The notes under the pieces are model-generated. The model did not search any database. It was given only the letters and a program-made list of their open reading frames with translations, and was not told where the DNA came from. Shown here in pieces: positions 10,719-18,668 of a DNA stretch of 64,000 nucleotides (its first letter is position 1; the number at the start of each line of letters is the position of its first letter). The stretch lies in IMG/VR virus record IMGVR_UViG_3300029258_003428, one strand, 5' to 3'. Made by a program: the position numbers and the translations under genes. Source of the stretch: an uncultured virus (IMG/VR IMGVR_UViG_3300029258_003428). Taxonomy: Duplodnaviria > Heunggongvirae > Uroviricota > Caudoviricetes.

Positions 10719-10760
10719 GTCCCGGTCAGGACCGGCCCCCTGACCGGGATTTTTTTCTTT
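10719..10760 (+). terminator. intrinsic terminator ending the structural operon
   Basis: TCCCGGTCAGG-accggccc-CCTGACCGGGA followed by TTTTTTTCTTT. Confidence 0.85.
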
Positions 10761-10783
10761 GGAGTGTAGGATGTGGCTACTTG

Positions 10784-11299
10784 CTAGCGGCCTTTTTTCG
10801 TCCAGTTGAACGCGTCTGTGATGGACGAAGGAAGGTCAGACTGCAGATCAGATGGTCCGGCAGGGTACAAGCCTTCACTATCTTCTTGCCCACTTTCAAC
10901 TTCATCAAGTACGGGCAATCGTTCACTGTCGGCTGCCGGCACATGCTCATGGGCTCCTCCGTGGTCTTCGTACTGGATCGTGATGTCATCCAGCATCTCC
11001 TCATCTGGTGTGGACAAACTGTGGATAGGTTTCCGGCCGGATAAGATCTGTGCAGCCAGCTCTTGGTGCTCTGGTGTTGCCCAAGAGGCATGTAAGGCTT
11101 CAGCAAGCACGGATAGATCTGTGCCAAAGGTATCGAGGTAAAGCGACCGATGCCGGGATGGTGATTTGTTCACAGACTTATCCCCAGGTACATTGACGAT
11201 GAGTGGAGGGCATGGAGGAAGCGGAGCTCCCACCACTTCATCGTGGCGGAGCGGCGGGTCCTCCACGTCATACGGCGCTGGGTATTTAAATCGTGGCAT
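10784..11299 (-). CDS. hypothetical acidic protein
   Basis: 171-aa ORF overlapping the end of the upstream minus-strand gene. Confidence 0.45.
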   Translation of the reverse strand: MPRFKYPAPYDVEDPPLRHDEVVGAPLPPCPPLIVNVPGDKSVNKSPSRHRSLYLDTFGTDLSVLAEALHASWATPEHQELAAQILSGRKPIHSLSTPDEEMLDDITIQYEDHGGAHEHVPAADSERLPVLDEVESGQEDSEGLYPAGPSDLQSDLPSSITDAFNWTKKGR

Positions 11300-11477
11300 G
11301 CCAAACCCTCGCGAGCTCTTCTTCGTAGTCCATTTGTCGCTGGATCAGGGCGCGGATGATGTCCGAGCACCCAATGTTTTCCCGAAACTTTTGAGACATC
11401 ATATTACACTTCTTGTAGAGGAACTCACGTTGTTCTTTCCGCATGCGGACAGTGATCGTACAAACCTTGTTCTTCAT
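11286..11477 (-). CDS. putative ribbon-helix-helix DNA-binding protein
   Basis: MKNKVCTITVRMRKEQREFL...CSDIIRALIQRQM shows the RHH strand-helix-helix pattern; GAGGA RBS before ATG 11477. Confidence 0.55.
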   Translation of the reverse strand: MKNKVCTITVRMRKEQREFLYKKCNMMSQKFRENIGCSDIIRALIQRQMDYEEELARVWHATI

Positions 11478-11495
11478 GTAGATTTCCTCGTTCAC

Positions 11496-11549
11496 AGCTA
11501 AAAAGTGATCGGGGAGGTTGCCCAGAAAGGAGATTGATCCCCGATCACT
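11496..11549 (-). terminator. hairpin + T tract + TAGCT
   Basis: 12-bp inverted repeat AGTGATCGGGGA/TCCCCGATCACT (11504-11515, 11538-11549) followed on - by TTTTAGCT. Confidence 0.65.
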
Positions 11550-11611
11550 AACTTCCGCAGGGGGGCCGTGCTTGGGGGGGAGCAAGCAGGCCCACTGCTT
11601 CCGTCACCTTT

Positions 11612-11619
11612 CTTATACC
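11612..11619 (-). promoter_or_regulatory. GGTATAAG promoter-like motif
   Basis: One of nine exact copies seen, almost all intergenic or at gene ends. Confidence 0.55.
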
Positions 11620-11646
11620 ATAACGATCGCCGGTTTTTAAGGTTCG

Positions 11647-11675
11647 TTGACCGCTTCCAAACAGCGCGTTATGCT
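11647..11675 (+). promoter_or_regulatory. sigma70-type promoter for the lipoprotein gene
   Basis: TTGACC-17 bp-TATGCT, about 40 bp upstream of ATG 11718. Confidence 0.65.
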
Positions 11676-11717
11676 CCGTCAACAACGCAGAAAAGGCACG
11701 TTGAAAGGAGCCAACAA

Positions 11718-12287
11718 ATGAAACGCTTTTTGATCACGATGATGGTGGGCGTCTGTCTGGGGATGATGCTCCCCGGCTTGACGGCTTGCCCAAACCCAGA
11801 GACCGGAAAGATCGATCCATACCTCACAGCACGAACCATCATCCTACAAGCAAACACAGCTCTCGGACTCGCAGACGGAATCTTCGGCCAGTGGTACCTG
11901 GGCAAGATGCTCACCGACCAAGACATCGCGAACAAAACAAAATTGATCTATGAGAAAACCAAAACCGGGGTGGCCAACGGGCTACAGATCGCTTTGAACG
12001 GAGTGGCTATCGCTGAGCAGGCCAAGAAAGATCCGAACATCCAGCTACTGATGGGAGAAGCCGACAAAGCCTGGCAGAACCTACGCAAGTTCTTGACAGA
12101 TCTACTGGCAAAACAGGAGGACGCGAAGCTGGTCACACTGGCCGACGCACCAAAGAAAGAGCCTCCTACATCTGCACCAGTCACTAAGGACGATCCAAAA
12201 GCGCCACCGAAAGTGGCTGTCAAAACGTCGGCCATCACGGTGAAGGTCGACGCCCTCAAGAACCTCCCAAAGACCCTCTTGCCATAG
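11718..12287 (+). CDS. lipoprotein
   Basis: AAAGGAG RBS; signal peptide MKRFLITMMVGVCLGMMLPG with lipobox LTA-C. Confidence 0.7.
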   Translation: MKRFLITMMVGVCLGMMLPGLTACPNPETGKIDPYLTARTIILQANTALGLADGIFGQWYLGKMLTDQDIANKTKLIYEKTKTGVANGLQIALNGVAIAEQAKKDPNIQLLMGEADKAWQNLRKFLTDLLAKQEDAKLVTLADAPKKEPPTSAPVTKDDPKAPPKVAVKTSAITVKVDALKNLPKTLLP

Positions 12288-12315
12288 CTAAGGGGGACTC
12301 GATCCCCCCAGTTGA

Positions 12316-12522
12316 TCAACCGACGTACTGACGGTCGATCTCTTCGATCTGTCGATCTATAGTTTCAATCTCATCAACCTCTCGTTCTAAGTCTCTGATC
12401 TCCCTGAGGACGCGCTTCCTTAATCTTTGGCCGATTTCTTGTCCACAATCATCGAGAAAGATTTTGGACTGTTCGATCATTTCTTGTAGCACAGAAACAA
12501 CGCCGTTGAGTCTCTCGCTCAT
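12316..12522 (-). CDS. small coiled-coil protein
   Basis: AGGAGATC RBS and GGTATAAG motif upstream; hairpin+TTAGCT downstream (12286-12308). Confidence 0.65.
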   Translation of the reverse strand: MSERLNGVVSVLQEMIEQSKIFLDDCGQEIGQRLRKRVLREIRDLEREVDEIETIDRQIEEIDRQYVG

Positions 12523-12550
12523 TTAGATCTCCTCTCTGGTTTGTACAATT

Positions 12551-12558
12551 CTTATACC
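12551..12558 (-). promoter_or_regulatory. GGTATAAG promoter-like motif
   Basis: About 30 bp upstream of ATG 12522. Confidence 0.65.
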
Positions 12559-12581
12559 CAGAAGAGGGATCAATTTCAGTG

Positions 12582-12631
12582 AGCTAAGAAAGGCCCCCGC
12601 AACGGTGTGCCTGCTCCGCGGCAGGGGCCTT
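12582..12631 (-). terminator. hairpin + TTTC + TTAGCT
   Basis: AAGGCCCC/GGGGCCTT stem with an inner CCTGC...GCAGG stem, followed on - by TCTTAGCT. Confidence 0.6.
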
Positions 12632-12678
12632 AGAGAATCAAAGGTACCAACTCTAATCCTCCAAAGCCCTTATACCGC

Positions 12679-13209
12679 TTACGTGTCGTCCTCTTGCATC
12701 TGGGCCGGGGGCTGCTGCGCGTTCCTCTTGATTATGGACCAGCTCTTGGGACGCTTGAACGATCTCGGCAAACGCTTGGGAGGCGGAGAAGCCGTAGGAG
12801 GGGCCGGTGCGGGCTCGAGCTTCTCCAGCTTCTTCTCGAACTTCTTCGTCAGTTCCTCGATGGTCCTGGATGTTCCTGAACCAGATGTCGCCCGGCGGGA
12901 GGCAAGAGCGAACCCAATGAAGAGCGCACGCACGCTGTCGGCATCTGCCTTGGCCGCGTTCAGCTCATTGCGAAACCGGAACTCGAGGTTACCCAGCTGC
13001 CTGTTGAAGTGATCTTCGATCTTCCCCAGGTCCCTGTTCAGATCATCCAGCTTCTTGACGAGCTCCTGGTGAGCAGCCCTGGACGCCTTCTCTGGGGCCT
13101 TTGATCGTGTCTCGATCAACGCCGTCACTGAGGCGATCAATGCTGCCAGCCCGCCCAGGAACGATCCAATCTGGACCCACTTTGACTTAGGTTTTCCGTT
13201 GATCGTCAT
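12679..13209 (-). CDS. membrane-anchored coiled-coil protein
   Basis: AGGAGG RBS before ATG 13209; N-terminal TM helix (WVQIGSFLGGLAALIASVTALI) then coiled coil. Confidence 0.65.
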   Translation of the reverse strand: MTINGKPKSKWVQIGSFLGGLAALIASVTALIETRSKAPEKASRAAHQELVKKLDDLNRDLGKIEDHFNRQLGNLEFRFRNELNAAKADADSVRALFIGFALASRRATSGSGTSRTIEELTKKFEKKLEKLEPAPAPPTASPPPKRLPRSFKRPKSWSIIKRNAQQPPAQMQEDDT

Positions 13210-13299
13210 GTAAACCTCCTGAATCCTGAGATTATCGATGATCAACTGGACGATCAACTATTTTTTGGTCAGCCGGAGGGCCAGGCCCCTATGTTCTGG

Positions 13300-13455
13300 G
13301 AGGCGGTTTTGAAAAAGTAGTAACTTTGAAAAAAATCCTGTGTCATATGTATATGTCCGACATATGTATATGTAGATTTAAAAAAAATTATTCTTTTTTT
13401 CTTAATAGGGGTTCCCAGACATATGGACCCCACCCCAAAAACGGGGTGGGGGGCA
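13300..13455. other. AT-rich intergenic element with repeats; candidate replication origin or protein-binding locus
   Basis: CATATGTATATGT twice (13344-13356, 13361-13373), A and T homopolymer tracts, CCCCACCCC-aaaaac-GGGGTGGGG inverted repeat. Confidence 0.45.
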
Positions 13456-13461
13456 TGATCG

Positions 13462-13686
13462 TTATTGATCTACCTCTATCCTTCTCAGGACGTGGTAGAT
13501 CGCATCGAGGTCTTTTCCATTGATCGGCCAGTCTAACTTCCCCAGGAACTCCGCGGCCCGTTCATCGGGTCTGACCTGCAGGGTGCGCTTCCCAGGTATT
13601 TTCAACAGCAGGGTTCCGTCACCCATGTCCTTTACCCAGGCCCCCAGGCGGCGTGCGTTCTGCATGAACTCCTTATTGATGCTCAT
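13462..13686 (-). CDS. hypothetical protein
   Basis: AAGGAGATC RBS and GGTATAAG motif (13714-13721) upstream. Confidence 0.65.
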   Translation of the reverse strand: MSINKEFMQNARRLGAWVKDMGDGTLLLKIPGKRTLQVRPDERAAEFLGKLDWPINGKDLDAIYHVLRRIEVDQ

Positions 13687-13713
13687 TTGATCTCCTTTTT
13701 GGGTTGTACTTTT

Positions 13714-13740
13714 CTTATACCGATTTATGAGGAAATTCGG
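13714..13740 (-). promoter_or_regulatory. CCGAAT-N13-GGTATAAG promoter-like motif
   Basis: Same bipartite layout as the copies at 18631 and 28674. Confidence 0.65.
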
Positions 13741-13808
13741 ATCAGATCGTGGTATAGGATCTCTGCTTTCGTTGGGGAATTACCCCCGACACAACATAGG
13801 AGGAAGAA

Positions 13809-14009
13809 GTGGCCAAGAAGAAGCAGAAAGAGATCCCAGCACTGGTGCGCGTCAGCAGCATGAAGGAGTACATCAAGGGGGCGGCGGACGTGAACGTGTC
13901 CGGAGAGCTCGTCGAGGCGGTGAACGGGAAGCTGGCAGAGGTGCTTGCGGATGCCGTAGATCGGTGCCTTGGAAACAACCGCAAGACCGTTCGTCCGGTG
14001 GACCTGTAG
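13809..14009 (+). CDS. histone-fold protein (bacterial Bd0055/HBb-like)
   Basis: 66 aa; LVRVSSMKEYIK-(NVSGE)-long helix-C-terminal RKTVRPVDL (histone-fold RKTV-x3-D signature); AGGAGG RBS, GTG start. Confidence 0.85.
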   Translation: MAKKKQKEIPALVRVSSMKEYIKGAADVNVSGELVEAVNGKLAEVLADAVDRCLGNNRKTVRPVDL

Positions 14010-14050
14010 GGCCCTTGCTAACCGGGGTCTGCCCGGGGTACACTCGGTCC

Positions 14051-14353
14051 ATGGATTTAGTAACCATCACCTCTATGCTCGATGAGCTGGAGAAGATTGC
14101 TATCTCTGGCCAGGTGCCCCGGGCACCCAAAGCGCCCAAGACTTCAGCACCACCTCCCCCGCCTGCTGCCCGCATGGCTCCCACGAAGATGCCAAACCCG
14201 CCGTCGTTTGCTCCTCCAGCTCTTCCGCACTCCGGCGTTCCGGGGCAGCGGCATAGCGCGCTGGCGACGCAGAACACCCTCGGGAAACGTCTTCCACCAA
14301 TCGATCCACGCGCGGCCGCGACGATGGTGAGGTATAAGGCCCCGGTTTACTAG
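14051..14353 (+). CDS. Pro-rich protein with N-terminal DELEKIA motif
   Basis: MDLVTITSMLDELEKIAIS; preceded by TTGCTA-18-TACACT ending 6 bp before the ATG (possible leaderless mRNA). Confidence 0.55.
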   Translation: MDLVTITSMLDELEKIAISGQVPRAPKAPKTSAPPPPPAARMAPTKMPNPPSFAPPALPHSGVPGQRHSALATQNTLGKRLPPIDPRAAATMVRYKAPVY

Positions 14354-14368
14354 GCCCAGGAGAACAAC

Positions 14369-14956
14369 ATGAAACCGCTATTCATCGTCCTGGAAGGGAC
14401 AGATGGCGCTGGGAGCACGACCGCGTCGAAGCTCCTGGTCCAGACTTTGAACGACAAAGGCATCGAGTCCGTGTGGACAAAGGAGCCCTCAGACGGAACG
14501 ATCGGAAGACACATCAGGAGAATCTTGAAGGGCGAGGAGATCGCAGATGAGGCGTCGATGTTTCCCATGTTCATGGCAGACCGCCACGACCACATCGGAA
14601 ATTTCATCCGCCCGGAGCTGGAACAGGGCAACACGGTGGTGTGTGATCGGTATGCCTACAGCACGTGGGTTTACCAGCAGGACAACTACGGGATGGATGT
14701 GATTGAATTGATGCAGCGTCGCTGCCTACCGCCAAACTACACCTTCGTTCTGGAGTGTCCGGTGGAGGAGTGCATGAGGCGCATGGAGGGAAGGGACGTG
14801 ATCGAGCGTTACGAGATCGAGGAGAAGCAACGGGAGTATGCCAAGCGCTACAAGCGTGTTCCTCCCATCGGATCTGAGCAGATCATTCACCTGGACAGCT
14901 ACGACTTGAACCCAGCTCAAATCGTGGACAAGATCCGCCGGGAGATCGGCTTGTGA
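14369..14956 (+). CDS. tmk: thymidylate kinase
   Basis: FIVLEGTDGAGSTT P-loop, KEP, ADRHDH, VVCDRYAYSTWVYQ. Confidence 0.9.
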   Translation: MKPLFIVLEGTDGAGSTTASKLLVQTLNDKGIESVWTKEPSDGTIGRHIRRILKGEEIADEASMFPMFMADRHDHIGNFIRPELEQGNTVVCDRYAYSTWVYQQDNYGMDVIELMQRRCLPPNYTFVLECPVEECMRRMEGRDVIERYEIEEKQREYAKRYKRVPPIGSEQIIHLDSYDLNPAQIVDKIRREIGL

Positions 14957-15420
14957 GGGTCGGACTCATCGGGTGCGGCAAGGAGAAATTAGATCACGCT
15001 GCACCCGCCAAGGACCTCTACGTTGGATCGTTCTTCAAGCTTTGCAAGCAGTGGATCTCCAAACCTGGTCGGGTAGACGAGTGGGCGATCTTGAGCGCCA
15101 AGTATGGTCTGGTCCTGCCTGAGCAGGCCATCGAGCCGTACGATTGCACGCTCAACGGCGGGATGTACGCTGATTATAAAGCCCGGCAGTCGTGGGCGAT
15201 CAGAACGAGCGGGGAGATAGTCAAGAGGTGGTGCGCGCAGAATACCGTGTTCATGATCTTGGCGGGGGCGAACTACCGCATGGCCGTGGAGTGGGTGCCG
15301 ATGGTGGAGGATGTGATCCGGTGTTGGACCGACTGGAGGAGAGAGTCCGGCATGAGGAGGCCGCAGATGAGCATCGGCGTGATCAAGAAGTACCTCAAGA
15401 ACGATGAGGGGTACTACTGA
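14953..15420 (+). CDS. DUF6884-like protein
   Basis: CGKEK...APAKDLYVGSFF...WAILSAKYGLV...IEPYD motifs. Confidence 0.65.
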   Translation: MRVGLIGCGKEKLDHAAPAKDLYVGSFFKLCKQWISKPGRVDEWAILSAKYGLVLPEQAIEPYDCTLNGGMYADYKARQSWAIRTSGEIVKRWCAQNTVFMILAGANYRMAVEWVPMVEDVIRCWTDWRRESGMRRPQMSIGVIKKYLKNDEGYY

Positions 15421-15905
15421 TGGGACACGGGATACGACGCCAGCGTTGGCAGGTGCTGCCCAAGTCCGGTGCCCGAATTTGCTGCGTTCAGATCAACGAT
15501 CACCAGTTCAACGACCAGGACTGGTGGAGAGAGTCTCTGCTTCTGTGGCAGGAGATCCCAGATCACTTGAGGGCGTTTAAGAAGAAGGAGTGGGATTTTG
15601 TGCTTGTGGTGCCGCTCAGTTCTGTACGAGACTGCTGGTGCGGCAACGACGGGATGCAGGCTTGGAGGTTGAAGAGGAACGGGTATGTCGTTCCAGATCG
15701 ATGCCGACAGGAGGGCGGATGCCCAGAGATGTGGAACACCGAGGCGGACGTGTCCAGGAAAAAGGAACTGGAGATATCCAATCTGGAGGAGATCGAAGAA
15801 TACGTGGTTCTAGATTACGGAAGAGACGTTCACAAATCCGCCTTCCCGGAGGCAAGATCCCAAAATCTACTTCCGACTTCTTGTCCGCCATTAAGACGGC
15901 AGTGA
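15420..15905 (+). CDS. hypothetical protein (possibly continues by frameshift to 16066)
   Basis: Stop/start overlap with the upstream gene; 3' end ambiguous. Confidence 0.4.
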   Translation: MGHGIRRQRWQVLPKSGARICCVQINDHQFNDQDWWRESLLLWQEIPDHLRAFKKKEWDFVLVVPLSSVRDCWCGNDGMQAWRLKRNGYVVPDRCRQEGGCPEMWNTEADVSRKKELEISNLEEIEEYVVLDYGRDVHKSAFPEARSQNLLPTSCPPLRRQ

Positions 15906-16373
15906 ACACGTACAACAGGGGCCTGGAGCAGCTAAAAGGAGACAGCATGTTCGATCTTGAGCACCAGATAGATCTGGCGCGGAGCTGCGTGTTCGAGATC
16001 GATGAGGTGCTGTCCCGGTGGAGGATTTGGCGAAAGCTAGTACGTGATGTACAATTCAATCGATGAGCGGATAATCCTGATCAACTCATTGCGACACATG
16101 GGCGCGCGTTTCCTTAGTATCTGATCTACTTTCTTGTCGGTCGCACATAGGTAGATGCCCGGCTCCTCGCGTGTTCTCCAGAAGTAGGACAGGGAGATCC
16201 CGCCATGGTACTGGTCTGGTCCGTCTACGATTACGATTACCCTCCCGAACTTCTTGCGGTACCAGGCCGCCGCGATGAAGACTTCCCCGCCCGTGTTGAT
16301 TTCACAGGCCAGTGTTGGCCAGGGCCCGTGACAGGTGTGCAGCCAGTTCAAACGCCCGCCTCTTGGAACGCCG

Positions 16374-16688
16374 TTAATCTCCTTGATCGTCGTTGGCATT
16401 GAGGTGCTCCTCGATGGCGTTCTTCTCTTCGTCCGTCGCCGCCAAAAGCTCGGCGAGCTTGAGTATGCAGGCGTGGTCACCAGCAGCAGCGCCTTTGGCG
16501 ATCTCTGCGGCGATCATGGACTGCGCCTCCCAGGCACGAATATCAGATCTGGAGAAGATCCCTTTTTGGTGGAGTAGGTTGATGAGCGAGACGATCTGGC
16601 CGGAGACGATGGCACCCTTTTCTAGTTCGCGTTGCTCTTCGGCTTCCATGATCTCTTGGAAGTCCTGTCTGAGCTGATCATTTTCCAC
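16374..16688 (-). CDS. hypothetical protein
   Basis: GTG start with AAAGGAG RBS and GGTATAAG motif at 16711-16718. Confidence 0.6.
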   Translation of the reverse strand: MENDQLRQDFQEIMEAEEQRELEKGAIVSGQIVSLINLLHQKGIFSRSDIRAWEAQSMIAAEIAKGAAAGDHACILKLAELLAATDEEKNAIEEHLNANDDQGD

Positions 16689-16803
16689 GTAAACTCCTTT
16701 CGTTGAATAGCTTATACCGAATTCTCGACGATTTGTGTTGACAATAACTCTGAGTGTGATCTTCTTCGAAAGATCGCTCAAGCCAAAAAACGGAGGTAAC
16801 AGA

Positions 16804-17295
16804 ATGAATATCAAACTGACAAAGATCGAGATGAAGATTCTTGCCGCCCTGAAGGGCGGGAAGAACAACGCCCGCGGCATTTCCGCCCTCGTCTTCGGCA
16901 AGAAGGAGGAGAATATCAAGCAGGGAGAGGTAAGGGACGTGCGCAACGGCCTGCGGAAGATCGTCAACCGACGGCTGGTGGACAATGCGGAGCGGGGTAT
17001 GTACGCGCTGACCGCGACCGGAAAGAAAGCCGCCAAGTCCGGAGCCGGCGTTGTCGAGGCTATCAGTAAGACCACCAAGTCCAAGTCCAAGAAGACCACC
17101 AAGTCCAAGTCCAAGGCTAAGGCCAAGACCAAGACCGCCAAGAAGGCCAAGACCGCCATCGAGGTGGTGGACAAGACCACCAGCAAGCCTGCAGCCAAGA
17201 AGGCGAATGGTAACGGGAACGGGACCGCCCGCAAGGGGATGCCGACCTTCAAGCGGCGCAACCTCTCCAAGCCCTACACGAGGCAGGGGCAGTAG
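16804..17295 (+). CDS. winged-helix protein with Lys/Ala/Thr-rich tail (linker-histone-H1-like architecture)
   Basis: GGAGG RBS; LTKIEMKILAALK...VRNGLRKIVNRRLV...GMYALTATG wHTH; tail KTTKSKSKKTTKSKSKAKAKTKTAKKAK. Confidence 0.7.
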   Translation: MNIKLTKIEMKILAALKGGKNNARGISALVFGKKEENIKQGEVRDVRNGLRKIVNRRLVDNAERGMYALTATGKKAAKSGAGVVEAISKTTKSKSKKTTKSKSKAKAKTKTAKKAKTAIEVVDKTTSKPAAKKANGNGNGTARKGMPTFKRRNLSKPYTRQGQ

Positions 17296-17544
17296 ATGCC
17301 GGACTGCATCGGTCGGGCCGCCAGGGACTTCTTCCAGCTGTCGATCTACGATGCGCAGAACGATCACGTGGTGACGCTGCAGCTGAAGCGACACAGCGGA
17401 ATGACCCCTGGAGATCTGGCCCAGCTCCAAAACTTCCTGTGGTGTCAGATCGGGCAGGCCATTCGAGATGATGCAGATCTCAGGCGCAGGCTGGAGATCG
17501 GTGGAGTTCGGGTGCTGTTGAACGCCCCGGAACGTGGTAACTAG
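17296..17544 (+). CDS. hypothetical protein
   Basis: Abuts the upstream stop codon. Confidence 0.5.
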   Translation: MPDCIGRAARDFFQLSIYDAQNDHVVTLQLKRHSGMTPGDLAQLQNFLWCQIGQAIRDDADLRRRLEIGGVRVLLNAPERGN

Positions 17545-17552
17545 GGTGCAGT

Positions 17553-18128
17553 ATGTGGTTGGCCGTTGTGCTGAAGCTGTTCATGCCCGGGTCGGAGCAG
17601 TACGCCGCGGACATTGAAAAACAGGCCAAACGTTACAAGTTTGATCCACTCCTCGTTGCGGCTGTGGTCTTCAAAGAGTCGGGATTCAAGAAGGACTCCT
17701 GTTACAAGGGATCGCACGGGTTGATGCAAATCCAACTCCGCCCAAGATCATGTGAGGGATCGATGGCCCGGGCCATAGAGTTGGGTTTGTATCAACCGTC
17801 CAAGAACATCGAGCGTGGTGTGCGGATGATGGCGACGTGGCGCAGGTGGTGGCGCAAGTACCACAAGGACGATGGGTACCACTGGTTGCTACACTACAAC
17901 CGCGGATTTGGATCGTGTCCTGATGGGAAGAAGTACTGTCCGACTGTTGAGAGAAGGCCCACTTCCGCGGGAAGCGGGTATGCAGACAGGGTGTTGAAAA
18001 TATATCGCAGGCTAAAGAAGATCAGGGTCAGGCCCTCGCCGACCCGAAGGCCGGCGAGGGATTTGGGAGGCGTTGTGGACGCTACTTCTTCGCTTTCAGT
18101 TTCTCGGCGATGTCGGGGTTCTGCTTGA
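17553..18128 (+). CDS. lytic transglycosylase (SLT domain)
   Basis: AAVVFKESGF (catalytic ES), GLMQI, NIERG, HYNRG motifs. Confidence 0.85.
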   Translation: MWLAVVLKLFMPGSEQYAADIEKQAKRYKFDPLLVAAVVFKESGFKKDSCYKGSHGLMQIQLRPRSCEGSMARAIELGLYQPSKNIERGVRMMATWRRWWRKYHKDDGYHWLLHYNRGFGSCPDGKKYCPTVERRPTSAGSGYADRVLKIYRRLKKIRVRPSPTRRPARDLGGVVDATSSLSVSRRCRGSA

Positions 18129-18573
18129 TGAACTCTCGCCTGTCAAAGGCAGGCGTGAAGTACCCGTCCTCCCAGACGTCGTACTTGACTGGTACCGACT
18201 CGCCGATCTTGAAAACGCGTCGACCTAGGTTGACCGCCTCATTCTTGGCAGTCTTGCTGATCTTCTTCGGGTCGTGCACCTCGACCGACAAGTCGTTGAT
18301 CCTGATGGATTTGCGCCGGCCGTCGATGTCGAGGAAGTGGACCACCGCCATGAGCTTGTCGGGGAAGTCGTTGATCTTTCGTTTGAGACCGAACATGTTC
18401 ACCTCCTGGGCGCGGATGCCTGCCTTATATTCCCAGGAATGCCCTACGATCTCGCATGCCTGTGCAATCGTTCCGAGGTGTTTGATCTCCTTTCCTTTGA
18501 GAACCTTGTTTCTTTCGGTGTGAACATCGTCGGTGTCGATCGCGGCCATGTGTTGCTTGTTCAAAATTGCCAC
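18082..18573 (-). CDS. hypothetical protein
   Basis: AAGGAGG RBS, GTG start, GGTATAAG motif upstream. Confidence 0.65.
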   Translation of the reverse strand: MAILNKQHMAAIDTDDVHTERNKVLKGKEIKHLGTIAQACEIVGHSWEYKAGIRAQEVNMFGLKRKINDFPDKLMAVVHFLDIDGRRKSIRINDLSVEVHDPKKISKTAKNEAVNLGRRVFKIGESVPVKYDVWEDGYFTPAFDRREFIKQNPDIAEKLKAKK

Positions 18574-18630
18574 TGTGTCCTCCTTTTGCGGTGTTCAAAA
18601 ACAAACTGCGTGTGATTCCGGAACATGATC

Positions 18631-18659
18631 CTTATACCGATCAAATTGCAGAAATTCGG
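18631..18659 (-). promoter_or_regulatory. CCGAAT-N15-GGTATAAG promoter-like motif
   Basis: Intergenic, pointing at the 18573 gene. Confidence 0.65.
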
Positions 18660-18668
18660 AGGTGAGAA

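Noticed and set aside
15590..16066. Programmed frameshift joining the 15420 ORF to the 15590 ORF near 15830
   Set aside because: No slippery heptamer seen; could be a sequencing error, a pseudogene or a separate small gene
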